This document shows positions 18,504-27,897 of a stretch of DNA of 32,000 nucleotides, piece after piece. Where the stretch lies: NCBI GenBank assembly GCA_963676855.1, contig OY781460.1, positions 1,495,520 to 1,527,519 on the forward strand. Reading direction: 5' to 3'. The notes beneath the pieces are model-generated. The model was not told where the DNA came from. It was given only the letters and a program-made list of their open reading frames with translations, and did no database searches. The translations under genes and the position numbers were made by a program. Source of the DNA: an uncultured Anaeromusa sp. GTDB taxonomy: Bacteria; Bacillota; Negativicutes; Anaeromusales; Anaeromusaceae. Each line of letters opens with the position of its first letter. Position 1 is the first letter of the stretch.

Positions 18504-19790
18504 ATGCGCTTTTTTTACAATCTCATGACTGTTATACTAGTAATAGCCGCCATGCCGGTATTTGCCTATCGGTGTCTCCGGCAAGAAGGCTTTGGCGAAC
18601 GATTGCGCCAGAGCTTTGGCTGCTTGCCTGCGCATGCGCTGGATAAAGTAGCGCAGAAGAATTGCATTTGGCTGCATGCAGCGTCGGTCGGCGAGATTGT
18701 TGCCACCAGCCCCTTGGTAAAAGAACTGAAGAAAGCCCTGCCGGAAACGCCGGTTTTAGTATCAGTAGTTACGGCTAGCGGGTACTCTATGGCCAAACGC
18801 ATCCTGACGGATGTGGACGGGCTGATCTTTTTTCCTTTGGATTTACCGTGGCTGCCGAGCAGAGTGCTTGTCAAAGTTCGGCCTCAAGCTTTTTTGCTGG
18901 TGGAGACCGAACTATGGCCCAATTTTCTGTATGCAGCTAAACAACACAAGATACCGGTGATGATGGTGAACGGACGGATTAGTGATCGTAGCGTGAAACG
19001 CTACCATTATCTCAAAGGCATTTTGCGGGACATGCTGAATACGGTGGAACGCTTTTGCATGCAATCAGCGATTGATGAGCAGTATATTATTCAACTGGGC
19101 GCTGACCCGCATAGAGTGGTAGTAACAGGCAATACTAAGTTTGACCAAACCTATACTCACGTATCGCCTGAGGAAAGAGAAGGTTTGAAACGAGAACTGA
19201 CTCTTACAGGACATGAGCCGATTTTGGTTGCTGGTAGCACGCATGCGGGTGAAGAGGAAGTATTACTTACGGCTTTTTTAAAAGTGCGAAAACAATATCC
19301 TCAAGCGGCCTTAATTTTAGCGCCGCGAGAAATTTTGCGTGTAGACGAGTTAGTGAAGCTCTGCTTGACCAAGGGTCTACCGGTACGCCGTCGTACGCAA
19401 CAAGCCAATCAGGGCGGGCAAGGCGGCGTGGTTATCTTGGATACCATTGGCGAGCTAGGGCGCATTTATAGTGTGGGTGATGTTGTCTTTGTCGGCGGCA
19501 GCTTGGTGCCTCATGGAGGGCATAATATTTTAGAACCGGCGGCGCATGGCAAGGTAATTTTGATTGGTCCTCATATGTTTAACTTTAAAGAAACATATGC
19601 TTTATTTTCTGGACGGCAGGCGTGTAGTACGGTCTGTGATGCGCAGGAGCTGACGGAAACCGTGCTGCGTTTGCTGCAAGACAGCAAGGAGCGCCAGCGC
19701 ATGGAAGCGCTGACTCTGGATATTGTCCGCGAAAATAAGGGGGCTTCGCGGCGAAGCATTTGCTATTTGCAGGAACTTTTGCAAAAATAG
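18504..19790 (+). CDS. waaA: 3-deoxy-D-manno-octulosonic acid transferase (Kdo transferase)
   Basis: GFGERLRQSFG, WLHAASVGEIVATSPLVKEL, VETELWPNFLYAAKQHKIPVMMVNGRISDRS, GNTKFDQTY, GSTHAGEEE, GGSLVPHGGHNILEPAAHGK. Confidence 0.95.
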   Translation: MRFFYNLMTVILVIAAMPVFAYRCLRQEGFGERLRQSFGCLPAHALDKVAQKNCIWLHAASVGEIVATSPLVKELKKALPETPVLVSVVTASGYSMAKRILTDVDGLIFFPLDLPWLPSRVLVKVRPQAFLLVETELWPNFLYAAKQHKIPVMMVNGRISDRSVKRYHYLKGILRDMLNTVERFCMQSAIDEQYIIQLGADPHRVVVTGNTKFDQTYTHVSPEEREGLKRELTLTGHEPILVAGSTHAGEEEVLLTAFLKVRKQYPQAALILAPREILRVDELVKLCLTKGLPVRRRTQQANQGGQGGVVILDTIGELGRIYSVGDVVFVGGSLVPHGGHNILEPAAHGKVILIGPHMFNFKETYALFSGRQACSTVCDAQELTETVLRLLQDSKERQRMEALTLDIVRENKGASRRSICYLQELLQK

Positions 19791-19837
19791 CGAAAGCTTT
19801 TCGAACGAAGCTAACTATGAGAGAAGGCGGGGCATGT

Positions 19838-21001
19838 ATGCGCCAACGAGAAGCGATTCAGGCATATTTATATCAATTAGTACATGGGAAGGAAACAGGA
19901 CTATTGGGGAAATTTATCCTGATGTTCTTGCGTGTTTCTTCCTGGCTTTATGGCGTCGGCCTGACTTTTAAGCTCGACTTGTATCGTTGGGGCGTGCGAA
20001 AACGGTATAAGCTCCCTTGCAAAGTCATTAGCTTAGGCAATGTCACCGTAGGCGGGACAGGCAAGACGCCAACCGCGCAACGGTTGGCGGCGATTATTCG
20101 CGATATGGGCTATAGAGTAGTACTTTTAAACAGGGGTTACCGGGCGAAATGGCGAGGCACCGTAGGGCTTGTTTCCGATGGAAAGCGAACGTTTATGACT
20201 GCCAGTGAAGCCGGAGATGAAGCCTTTTTATTAGCAAAGAATCTGCCAGGCGTTCCGGTCGTAATCGGTCGTAATCGAGCTGTTACCGGCGAATATGCCG
20301 TCAGAGAGCTGAAAGCGCAGGTTGTGATCTTGGACGATGGCTACCAGCATTGGCAGCTTATACGGGATTTGGATATTGTTTTGATTGATACGTTGAATGT
20401 ATTTGGCAATCGCTATTTGCTGCCGCGCGGCACTTTGCGGGAACCGTTAGCCCATTTGGACAGAGCGCATGCTTGCTTGTTGACCAAAGTAGATCAATCT
20501 AGCCCGGATACGAGGGATATCATTCGGAGTACAGTGCATCAATACAATCCAGATGCAGCAATTATTGAAAGCGTGCATCAACCAAGGCATTGTATTGAGA
20601 TACGGGAATGGTACCAGGGGCGGCCTCCGCAAAAATTGCCTCTCTCTGAAATTGCAGGAGTCAAGGTTATGGCGCTTTCTGCCATTGGCAACCCCTCTTC
20701 CTTTGAACAAACCATTTCCGACATCGGCGCCTGCGTGGTTGCTTCCGCTCGCTATGAAGACCATCATGACTACACTATGGCGGAAATGCAGCAGGTCATG
20801 CAAGAAGCGGTGGAAGCCGGTGTAAAAGCCATTATTACAACCGAAAAAGATGCCGTAAAGATACCGGCGGAATTTATTCACTCGGATCGTCCGTTGCCGG
20901 TCTATATTTTAGGGATTGAATTGCGATTTATGGACGGCTGCTACGAACAACTCTTGGGGCTCATTCGCCAAGTGGTGGAAGGAGAAAAACGAGAAGTATG
21001 A
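19838..21001 (+). CDS. lpxK: tetraacyldisaccharide 4'-kinase
   Basis: ISLGNVTVGGTGKTPTAQRLA (P-loop), VVLLNRGYRAKWRG, VVILDDGYQHWQLIRDLDIVLID, LLPRGTLREPL. ATG 19838 preceded by gaaggcgg. Confidence 0.93.
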   Translation: MRQREAIQAYLYQLVHGKETGLLGKFILMFLRVSSWLYGVGLTFKLDLYRWGVRKRYKLPCKVISLGNVTVGGTGKTPTAQRLAAIIRDMGYRVVLLNRGYRAKWRGTVGLVSDGKRTFMTASEAGDEAFLLAKNLPGVPVVIGRNRAVTGEYAVRELKAQVVILDDGYQHWQLIRDLDIVLIDTLNVFGNRYLLPRGTLREPLAHLDRAHACLLTKVDQSSPDTRDIIRSTVHQYNPDAAIIESVHQPRHCIEIREWYQGRPPQKLPLSEIAGVKVMALSAIGNPSSFEQTISDIGACVVASARYEDHHDYTMAEMQQVMQEAVEAGVKAIITTEKDAVKIPAEFIHSDRPLPVYILGIELRFMDGCYEQLLGLIRQVVEGEKREV

Positions 21002-21726
21002 AAACCGTATGTGTGATCCCGGCACGTTATGCATCGACGAGGCTGCCGGGAAAACCGCTGGCTTTGTTGGCGGGCAAGCCGATGATTCAACATGTATACG
21101 AACAGGCCATCCAAGCTCGAGGGGTTCAGGAGGTTCTGGTAGCTACTGATGACGAGCGTATCTTAAAAGCGGTAGAAGCTTTCGGAGGGCAAGCGGTCCT
21201 AACTTCCAGCGCTCATCCTACCGGAACGGATCGTTTGGCGGAAGTAGCTCGCAAGCATACGGATGCAGATATTATCATCAATGTTCAAGGCGATGAGCCG
21301 CTCGTTGAGCCGCAAGTCATTGAAGCCTTGGCAACTGCTTTTGCAGAGCGGCCTGCTTTGCAAATGGCTACCTTGTGTGCGCCGCTGCTGCCGGAAGAGG
21401 CGGTGCAGGACAGCGTGGTCAAAGTGGTTATGGACCAGGAAGGATATGCTCTGTATTTTTCACGCTCTTTGATTCCTTTTCCACGCAAGCCTGGCTTGGT
21501 TCAGGCGTATAAGCATTTGGGCCTTTACGGGTATCGGCGCGACTTTTTATTGGAATACTCGGCTATGCAGCCGACGCCACTGGAGCAAACCGAATCTCTC
21601 GAACAGTTGCGGGCGTTAGAATATGGTCATAAAATCTTGGTTCTTCCTACCGAACACGCCTCCGTTGGCGTCGATACGCCGGAAGACCTCAAACGAGTGG
21701 AAGCGATCTTGCTGAGTCGTAGATAA
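20998..21726 (+). CDS. kdsB: 3-deoxy-manno-octulosonate cytidylyltransferase
   Basis: VIPARYASTRLPGKPLALLAGKPMIQHVYEQA, NVQGDEPLVEPQVIE, HLGLYGYRRDFLLEYSAM. ATGA overlap with lpxK. Confidence 0.96.
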   Translation: MKTVCVIPARYASTRLPGKPLALLAGKPMIQHVYEQAIQARGVQEVLVATDDERILKAVEAFGGQAVLTSSAHPTGTDRLAEVARKHTDADIIINVQGDEPLVEPQVIEALATAFAERPALQMATLCAPLLPEEAVQDSVVKVVMDQEGYALYFSRSLIPFPRKPGLVQAYKHLGLYGYRRDFLLEYSAMQPTPLEQTESLEQLRALEYGHKILVLPTEHASVGVDTPEDLKRVEAILLSRR

Positions 21727-21741
21727 AAGAACGGGAGCGGG

Positions 21742-21911
21742 ATTGAACAAGAGAATCGGCGACGGCGTTGGAGGTGCCTAGGGGCGGTTGTGCCATGGAT
21801 GGCAATAGCTACCATCCGCTTAAAGTACGACAGAGAGAAATTGAAGAGTTAATAAACGTATCAGGGAACCCTCATACGAACCCTCACGTGACTCCGGTTC
21901 TCTTGTTCAAT
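21742..21911. repeat. intergenic MITE-like element, family 1, copy A (imperfect terminal inverted repeats)
   Basis: Left arm attgaacaagagaatcgg (21742-21759) is the reverse complement of right arm ccggttctcttgttcaat (21894-21911) at 17/18 positions. The interior resembles 29417-29589. Confidence 0.7.
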
Positions 21912-21939
21912 ACTTTGTTCTTAATCAAGGAGGTTGACT

Positions 21940-22764
21940 ATGCATACTGTGAAAATTGGTTCGCTGGAGCTTGGCGCGCAGCGCCCGATCGCTCTGATTG
22001 CAGGACCTTGTGTAATTGAAGACTATGAACGGACACTGCGTATTGGCCGCGGTATCAAGGCCATCACAGAACGCCTGGGGATGCCGTATATTTTCAAAGC
22101 ATCTTTTGATAAAGCCAACCGTTCTTCTTATAATTCCTTCAGAGGACCAGGGCTGGAAGAAGGTCTGGGCATGCTTCAAAAAATTAAAACAGAATTAAAC
22201 TTGCCGGTTTTGAGTGACATTCATGAAATCACGCAAGTGGAGCCAGCTTCTAAGGTGCTCGATGTCTTGCAGATTCCGGCTTTTCTTTCCCGGCAGACAG
22301 ATTTGCTTTTTGCAGCCGGAAAAAGCGGTATCGCCGTCAACGTGAAAAAGGGACAATTTTTGGCGCCGAATGATATGAAAAACGTTGTGCGTAAACTCGA
22401 AGAAGCAGGCTGTGAAAGTATATTGCTTACTGAACGCGGCTTTAGCTTAGGTTATAACAATTTGGTAGTTGATATGCGGGCATTGCCGATTATGCGCTCT
22501 TTTGGTTATCCGGTTGTGTTTGACGCGACCCATAGCGTGCAATTGCCGGGCGGGGCAGGCACGGCGTCAGCGGGGCAACGCGAATATGTTGGCCACTTAG
22601 CACGAGCTGCGGCTGCAGTCGGTGTGGATGCGTTATTTTTGGAAGTGCATGACAATCCGGAAGAGGCGTTGTGCGATGGGCCGAACATGGTGTATCTGGA
22701 TCAATTGGAAGAGATGCTCCGTGATATTCAGGCTATTGACGGCATTGCCAGAAAACATAAATAA
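21940..22764 (+). CDS. kdsA: 3-deoxy-8-phosphooctulonate synthase
   Basis: [99 protein letters not shown] aaggagg before ATG 21940. Confidence 0.96.
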   Translation: MHTVKIGSLELGAQRPIALIAGPCVIEDYERTLRIGRGIKAITERLGMPYIFKASFDKANRSSYNSFRGPGLEEGLGMLQKIKTELNLPVLSDIHEITQVEPASKVLDVLQIPAFLSRQTDLLFAAGKSGIAVNVKKGQFLAPNDMKNVVRKLEEAGCESILLTERGFSLGYNNLVVDMRALPIMRSFGYPVVFDATHSVQLPGGAGTASAGQREYVGHLARAAAAVGVDALFLEVHDNPEEALCDGPNMVYLDQLEEMLRDIQAIDGIARKHK

Positions 22765-22793
22765 AAATTCGTGCCGAGGAGTGGTATAATAAT

Positions 22794-23366
22794 ATGGATA
22801 TACCAATCAAGCAGACGGATGACGCAAAGGCCCGAGCTTCCAAGGTGCGGCTGGTGGTTTTTGATGTGGATGGCGTGCTGACAAGCGGCCAAATTGCCAT
22901 CGGCAAAGACGGCGAAGTCATGAAAGAATTTTTCGTGCAAGATGGTTTGGGCATTGCAGTGACGCAGCGAGCTGGCATTAAAACGGCTATTATTACAGGG
23001 CGGGAAAGTGAAATGGTTCGTTTGCGTAGCGCCGAACTGAAAATTTGCGATGTGTACCAGGGGACGTTAGATAAACAAACGGCCCTGCGGGAATTGATGG
23101 ATAAGTATGGTCTCGGGGCGGAAGAAGTGGCCTATGTAGGAGACGATTTAAATGACCTGCCAGCGCTGATGCAGGTGGGATTTGCCTGCGGCGTAGCTAA
23201 CTCGGTGGCTGAAGTGGCGCAGCGTTGCCACTTTGTTTCCGCTCATCGCGGCGGAGGCGGTGGCGTGCGGGATATTCTTGAATTTATTTTGCGCAACCAA
23301 GGCCTTTGGGAGGAGATTGTCCAGTCCTATGTGGATGGCAGCGGCAATCAATATACGCGCCAGTAA
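22794..23366 (+). CDS. kdsC: 3-deoxy-D-manno-octulosonate 8-phosphate phosphatase (HAD family)
   Basis: LVVFDVDGVLTSGQIAIGKDGEVMKEFFVQDGLGIAV, ITGRESEMVRLRSAEL, VAYVGDDLNDLPALMQVGFACGVANSVAEV. SD gaggag. Confidence 0.93.
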   Translation: MDIPIKQTDDAKARASKVRLVVFDVDGVLTSGQIAIGKDGEVMKEFFVQDGLGIAVTQRAGIKTAIITGRESEMVRLRSAELKICDVYQGTLDKQTALRELMDKYGLGAEEVAYVGDDLNDLPALMQVGFACGVANSVAEVAQRCHFVSAHRGGGGGVRDILEFILRNQGLWEEIVQSYVDGSGNQYTRQ

Positions 23367-23434
23367 TGGATGACTTTTATTTTGTTTATGTAGAAGCAGT
23401 GGTTCCACAATGGCTGTGAAAGGAGGGCATGACC

Positions 23435-24331
23435 ATGAGCAATGAATGGCAATATCATTTGTTGAAAGCGCTGAGTCGGCTGATTTGTTTTCTGCCGTAT
23501 TCATGTGTTGTCAAGTTAGGGCGATCCTTAGGCTTTTTGTATTGGTACATTGCCCCCAAGCAGCGGCGCCGCGGCATTCGGCAATTAGCAGAACGTCTTG
23601 CGCTTTCTGAAAAAGAAGCGGCCCAAGTAATGAGACGTCTTTGCGGTAATCTGGGGCAGACCTTTTTGGAAATTATGTTTACGCCGAAGCTGGATGCACA
23701 AAGAATTGCACAGCTTGTGGAAATTGAAAACAGGCAGTACTTGGAAGAGGCTGTAGCCAGGGGACATGGCGTAGTCTTTTTGACTGCTCATGTCGGTAAT
23801 TGGGAATGGTTGGGAGCTGCCTTGTCTATGGGCGGGTTCCCGATGACAAGCGTAATTAAGCGACAGCCGAATGATCAGCATACTCGATTGCTCAATGAAT
23901 ATCGAGAGCGGGTTGGTATCGAGATTTTTGCCCGGGGAACAGCAGAATTAGTTGGCGCGGCTAAGGCTATGAAAAAAGGAAAAATTTTAGGCTTTTTGGC
24001 AGATCAGGACGCTGGTGTCGATGGTATTTTTATAGATTTCTTTGGAAAACCGGCTTCAACGCCTCTTGGGCCGGCTGTCTTTGCACGCAAGTTTAAAGCG
24101 CCGGTCATGCCGGTATTTATAGTGCATAAGCCAGATTATAGTGGTCATAAGGTGTTAATTTACCCTCCCTTGGAATATGAAAATACTGGGGAAGAAAAAG
24201 ATGACTTGCGGCGGTTGACTCTGAAAATGACACAGTTATTGGAAGAAGTCATTCGGGAACATCCTGATGAATGGATTTGGTTTCAAAAACGTTGGAATAC
24301 TAGGGCGGATGGGAGCTGTGAAGAAGCATGA
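23435..24331 (+). CDS. LpxL/HtrB family lipid A acyltransferase (copy 2)
   Basis: HVGNWEWLGAALSMGGFP, GFLADQDAGVDGIFIDFFGKPASTPLGPAVFAR, HPDEWIWFQKRWNTRADG. SD aaaggagg before ATG 23435. Confidence 0.9.
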   Translation: MSNEWQYHLLKALSRLICFLPYSCVVKLGRSLGFLYWYIAPKQRRRGIRQLAERLALSEKEAAQVMRRLCGNLGQTFLEIMFTPKLDAQRIAQLVEIENRQYLEEAVARGHGVVFLTAHVGNWEWLGAALSMGGFPMTSVIKRQPNDQHTRLLNEYRERVGIEIFARGTAELVGAAKAMKKGKILGFLADQDAGVDGIFIDFFGKPASTPLGPAVFARKFKAPVMPVFIVHKPDYSGHKVLIYPPLEYENTGEEKDDLRRLTLKMTQLLEEVIREHPDEWIWFQKRWNTRADGSCEEA

Positions 24332-24867
24332 AAAAAGGCCGCTGGCTTTTAATAAGTATTATGGCTGCTAGCGTGCTTTTTGGCGCGTATTATTTATGGC
24401 GTGAAGAATTCCCTGATCCGCCGAAGGAAGTTGTCCAAGCAGAAGACGAGCCAATCTTCATGGAGGGAAATACTATCTCCGAAAGCAAGGACGGTAAAGT
24501 GGTGTGGGAAGTGACGGCGCAGACCATGCGGGGCAGCAAAAACAGTCAAGAGATTACGCTGCAAAATGTGCGCGGCGTTTTTTACCGGCCGCAAGGGGGC
24601 ACCGTGGTTTTGACAGCGCCGATAGGCTTATATATCCCCAGGGAGCAAACTCTGCGTTTTACGGGAGATGTCAAAGCCGTATCTAGCGACGGCGATACCT
24701 TTGTGGCGCAAGAAATGGGCTGGCTTGCGAAGGAAGAACGTATTTACGGACAAGGGCAGGCACAGTTAAACCGCAAGGAATCACAAGTCAGCGGTGACCG
24801 CATTGAAAGCGACCGTGATTTTCAAAAATCCAAGGTTATTGGCAATGCTCGTTATGTGAAACAATAG
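24328..24867 (+). CDS. lptC: LPS export system periplasmic protein LptC
   Basis: N-terminal TM, then EDEPIFMEGNTISESKDGKVVWEVTAQTM...VRGVFYRPQGGTVVLTAPIGLYIPREQTLRFTGDVKAVSSDG. ATGA overlap with the upstream gene. Confidence 0.9.
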   Translation: MKKGRWLLISIMAASVLFGAYYLWREEFPDPPKEVVQAEDEPIFMEGNTISESKDGKVVWEVTAQTMRGSKNSQEITLQNVRGVFYRPQGGTVVLTAPIGLYIPREQTLRFTGDVKAVSSDGDTFVAQEMGWLAKEERIYGQGQAQLNRKESQVSGDRIESDRDFQKSKVIGNARYVKQ

Positions 24868-24884
24868 GAAGGAGAGGCTAGAGT

Positions 24885-25682
24885 ATGAAATTTTGGAAAA
24901 ACAAAAAAATTCTAATTGCCTTGGCATTAGCGGTAGTTTGCAGCAGTTCGCTTCTAGCGCTGGCCGCACCGGGCGAAAAGACCGAAGTAACGGCCGATAC
25001 CTTTGACTACGATTCGGCAACAGGCATGGTAGTAGCCCGAGGAGGCGTAAAAGTCGTGCGTGGGCAGCAGACTATGACTGGACAGACGATTGAATACAAC
25101 AGCAAAACCCAAGACGCCCACGTCAGCGGAAGCAACGGCGTACAGGTAACTGGGCCGGATTTGAATATGACAGCAGTGGAATTGTGGTCTGTGAACGGCA
25201 AACAGTTGATTGCGCAGGGAAATGTAGTGGCGGTGAAAGGCGATAAGCGGCTGATCGGTCCGCGTGTGGAATATTTTCAGGAGAGTGAAATCGCTATTAC
25301 CCCGCAGGGCGGAACTATTTTTATGTCTGACGGCAATATGTCGGCGGATCATATCCAAGCGTTTCTTAAGGAAGACCGGGCGATAGGCACGGGCAACGTG
25401 CATATTGTCAGCGATGTACGTAAGCTGGATGCTACGTCAAACCTGGCTACCTATTATGGCGAAAAAAGCGGCCAAGATCGCAGTAAGATCATTATGACCG
25501 GTAACGCCAGAGCCGTACAGGACGGCAATGTACTTGTCGGCAATACGCTGAACCTGTACTTGGACGACAAAGCCATGGAAGGAACCGGACGTGCCCGCTT
25601 AGTCATCACCAATCCGAACCCCAATACAGGTGCTCCGCAAACCAAACCAACTGAGGAAATACAAGATAATAAAGATAATTAA
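24885..25682 (+). CDS. lptA: LptA/OstA-like LPS transport protein with repeated OstA-type motifs
   Basis: Signal peptide; KTEVTADTFDYDSATGMVVARGGVKVVRGQQTMTGQTIEYNSKTQDAHVSGSNGVQVT followed by further OstA-like repeats. Confidence 0.87.
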   Translation: MKFWKNKKILIALALAVVCSSSLLALAAPGEKTEVTADTFDYDSATGMVVARGGVKVVRGQQTMTGQTIEYNSKTQDAHVSGSNGVQVTGPDLNMTAVELWSVNGKQLIAQGNVVAVKGDKRLIGPRVEYFQESEIAITPQGGTIFMSDGNMSADHIQAFLKEDRAIGTGNVHIVSDVRKLDATSNLATYYGEKSGQDRSKIIMTGNARAVQDGNVLVGNTLNLYLDDKAMEGTGRARLVITNPNPNTGAPQTKPTEEIQDNKDN

Positions 25683-25698
25683 ACAGAGAGAAGAACGA

Positions 25699-25915
25699 TA
25701 CACAGTGTAACAGAGAGAAAAGAAAAAATTATAGCGGCATTTGCCTCCATTAACAAGGGCGGCAAGGTTGAAGTCCCCTCGCGCTAAAGGGGGGGATGGA
25801 CCGCCGGTTCAGGGGGATTTGTTTCATTGCAAGCGTAGTGTGGCAATCTCTTGTATCGTGTTCTTATAATTATATTATCTGACCTTTCTTTTGCATTTCT
25901 CCGTTACTCTGTGTA
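25699..25915. repeat. intergenic repeat element, family 2, copy C (inverted arms) between lptA and lptB
   Basis: Arms tacacagtgtaacagagaga (25699-25718) and the reverse complement of tttctccgttactctgtgta (25896-25915) match at 17/20. Interior gaccgccggttcagggggat...cattgcaagcgtagtgtggcaatctc resembles 28005-28057. Confidence 0.65.
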
Positions 25916-25966
25916 ATTGTACCCCTAACGTATCTTTTACTTATCCATTGAAAGAGAGGCTTCCGC

Positions 25967-26686
25967 ATGTATATCCAAGCCAATAATTTGGTAAAAAGCT
26001 ATAAAGGACGCGCTGTGGTGGATGGCGTCAGCATTCGGGTAGACCAGGGATCGATAGTGGGATTGCTGGGACCCAACGGCGCCGGGAAAACTACCACTTT
26101 TTATATGATTGTTGGCTTGGAAAAACCAGATCAGGGCAGCGTAGTTATTGATGGTGAAGATGTGGCCAAACTTCCTATGCATATTCGTTCCAGCTATGGG
26201 CTGGGATATTTGCCGCAAGAAGCTTCCATTTTTCGCAAACTTTCGGTAGAAGATAATTTAATGGCTATTTTGGAAGTTACGCCTCTTACTGCGCAAGAAC
26301 GCAAAGAAAAACTGGAAAGTTTGTTGAAGGAATTTCATGTAGAACATGTGCGTGACCGGTTAGGGTCACAGCTCTCCGGCGGTGAACGGCGCCGAGTGGA
26401 GATTGCCCGGGCGTTAGCGACAGATCCCCAATTTATTCTCTTGGATGAACCTTTTGCTGGTGTTGATCCTATCGCTGTAGCGGATATTCAGGAAATTATT
26501 AGCTATCTTAAAGAACGAGGCATTGGAATTTTAATTACCGATCATAATGTGAGGGAAACTCTCAGCATTGTAGATCGGGCTTATATTTTGAATAACGGTC
26601 GGATTTTAATTGACGGTGATCGAGAAACCATCGCCAATAGCGATATAGCCCGCAAATTCTATTTGGGAGAAAATTTCAGTTTGTAA
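25967..26686 (+). CDS. lptB: LPS export ABC transporter ATP-binding protein LptB
   Basis: [91 protein letters not shown]. Confidence 0.96.
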   Translation: MYIQANNLVKSYKGRAVVDGVSIRVDQGSIVGLLGPNGAGKTTTFYMIVGLEKPDQGSVVIDGEDVAKLPMHIRSSYGLGYLPQEASIFRKLSVEDNLMAILEVTPLTAQERKEKLESLLKEFHVEHVRDRLGSQLSGGERRRVEIARALATDPQFILLDEPFAGVDPIAVADIQEIISYLKERGIGILITDHNVRETLSIVDRAYILNNGRILIDGDRETIANSDIARKFYLGENFSL

Positions 26687-26777
26687 TGAGCCTTTTTATA
26701 AAGCATATTTCTAAGAGCCGAACCTTGCATGCGTTATCCATTCAACAACGGCTCATGAATGAGGAGAGATTGTCTGG

Positions 26778-27866
26778 ATGCGCATTTTAGATAAATACAT
26801 TCTGAAGGAATTATTAGGCCCGTTTGTATTCGGCGTTTGCTCGTTTTCCAGTATTTTTATCGGCACGAGCACGCTGTTTCGTATTGCTCAATATGTAACT
26901 AAATACGGCGCTAGCTTGCCTAGCGTAATCAAATTATTTATTTACAGCTTGCCCAGCATCATTGTTTTGACCTTCCCCATGTCGATGCTGTTGGCGGCAT
27001 TGTTGGCTTTTGGCCGTTTGTCGGCATCCAGCGAATTGACGGCGATGAAATCAGGCGGCGTTAGCTTTGCTAGATTGGCAGCGCCTGTGTTTATTGTCGC
27101 TTTTTTTGTCAGCGTCTTTGCGGTAGCTTTTAATGAAAAAGTGGTGCCGGCGGCCAATGAAGCATATCGGTATACCGTGCAGACTGAAATCGAAAAAAAT
27201 ACCAAGCCCAAGGCTCAGGAACATGTTATTATTAAGGATATCGAACAGGGAAAAATTTCCCGTTTGACTTATGCGCGCAAATTTGATGAAGAAACAAGTA
27301 GCATGAATGCAGTTACAGTACAAGAATTTGAAAATGATCAAGTGGTTCGTATTCAAAACGCGGAAAAGGCTGTTTGGAATGAAGGCCGTTGGGAAATGGA
27401 GCATGGCGTTATTCACGATTTAACACCAGACGGCGGCTTGAATCGAACCATTCGTTTTGATAAGCAAATTTTACCGATTGATAAAGCGCCTAAGGATATT
27501 TCAAGGGAACAAAAAGAACCGGCGGAAATGACTATTCGCGAGTTGAAATTGCATATTGACGCCTTGAAGAGAGAATATGTGAAAACAGGGACCTATGAGG
27601 TGGAACTGCACCAACGCTTTACGATTCCGTTGGCATCTTTTGTATTTGCTCTGATCGGTACGCCTTTGGGGTTGGCGCCGCATCGGTCCAGTTCCTCCAT
27701 CGGCTTGGGCATCAGCATTGTCGTCATTTTCATCTATTATACGATTATGACCATTACGACCGCCTTGGGACAAGGCGGTGCTATTCCCGCCATGCTGGCG
27801 GCGTGGATTCCCAATCTTGTCGGTATCGTTGCTGGCGCTTGGCTCATCTGGCGTAAATCCAGGTAA
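26778..27866 (+). CDS. LptF/LptG family LPS export permease
   Basis: MRILDKYILKELLGPFVFGVCSF..., PSIIVLTFPMSMLLAALLAFGRLSASSELTAMKSGGVSF..., C-terminal TM bundle with GTPLGLAPHRSSSSIGLGISIVVIFIYY. LptF versus LptG is not assigned. Confidence 0.93.
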   Translation: MRILDKYILKELLGPFVFGVCSFSSIFIGTSTLFRIAQYVTKYGASLPSVIKLFIYSLPSIIVLTFPMSMLLAALLAFGRLSASSELTAMKSGGVSFARLAAPVFIVAFFVSVFAVAFNEKVVPAANEAYRYTVQTEIEKNTKPKAQEHVIIKDIEQGKISRLTYARKFDEETSSMNAVTVQEFENDQVVRIQNAEKAVWNEGRWEMEHGVIHDLTPDGGLNRTIRFDKQILPIDKAPKDISREQKEPAEMTIRELKLHIDALKREYVKTGTYEVELHQRFTIPLASFVFALIGTPLGLAPHRSSSSIGLGISIVVIFIYYTIMTITTALGQGGAIPAMLAAWIPNLVGIVAGAWLIWRKSR

Positions 27867-27897
27867 AGAAGAGAAAGACAGAGAATGAAAAGAGAGA

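Noticed and set aside
21768-22019. 83-aa plus-strand ORF spanning the kdsB-kdsA gap
   Set aside because: Runs through the inverted-repeat element and out of frame into kdsA. No coding features.
22785-22790. TATAAT just upstream of kdsC as a promoter
   Set aside because: Only 3 nt from the start codon with no recognisable -35. It overlaps the SD region and would give an essentially leaderless transcript.
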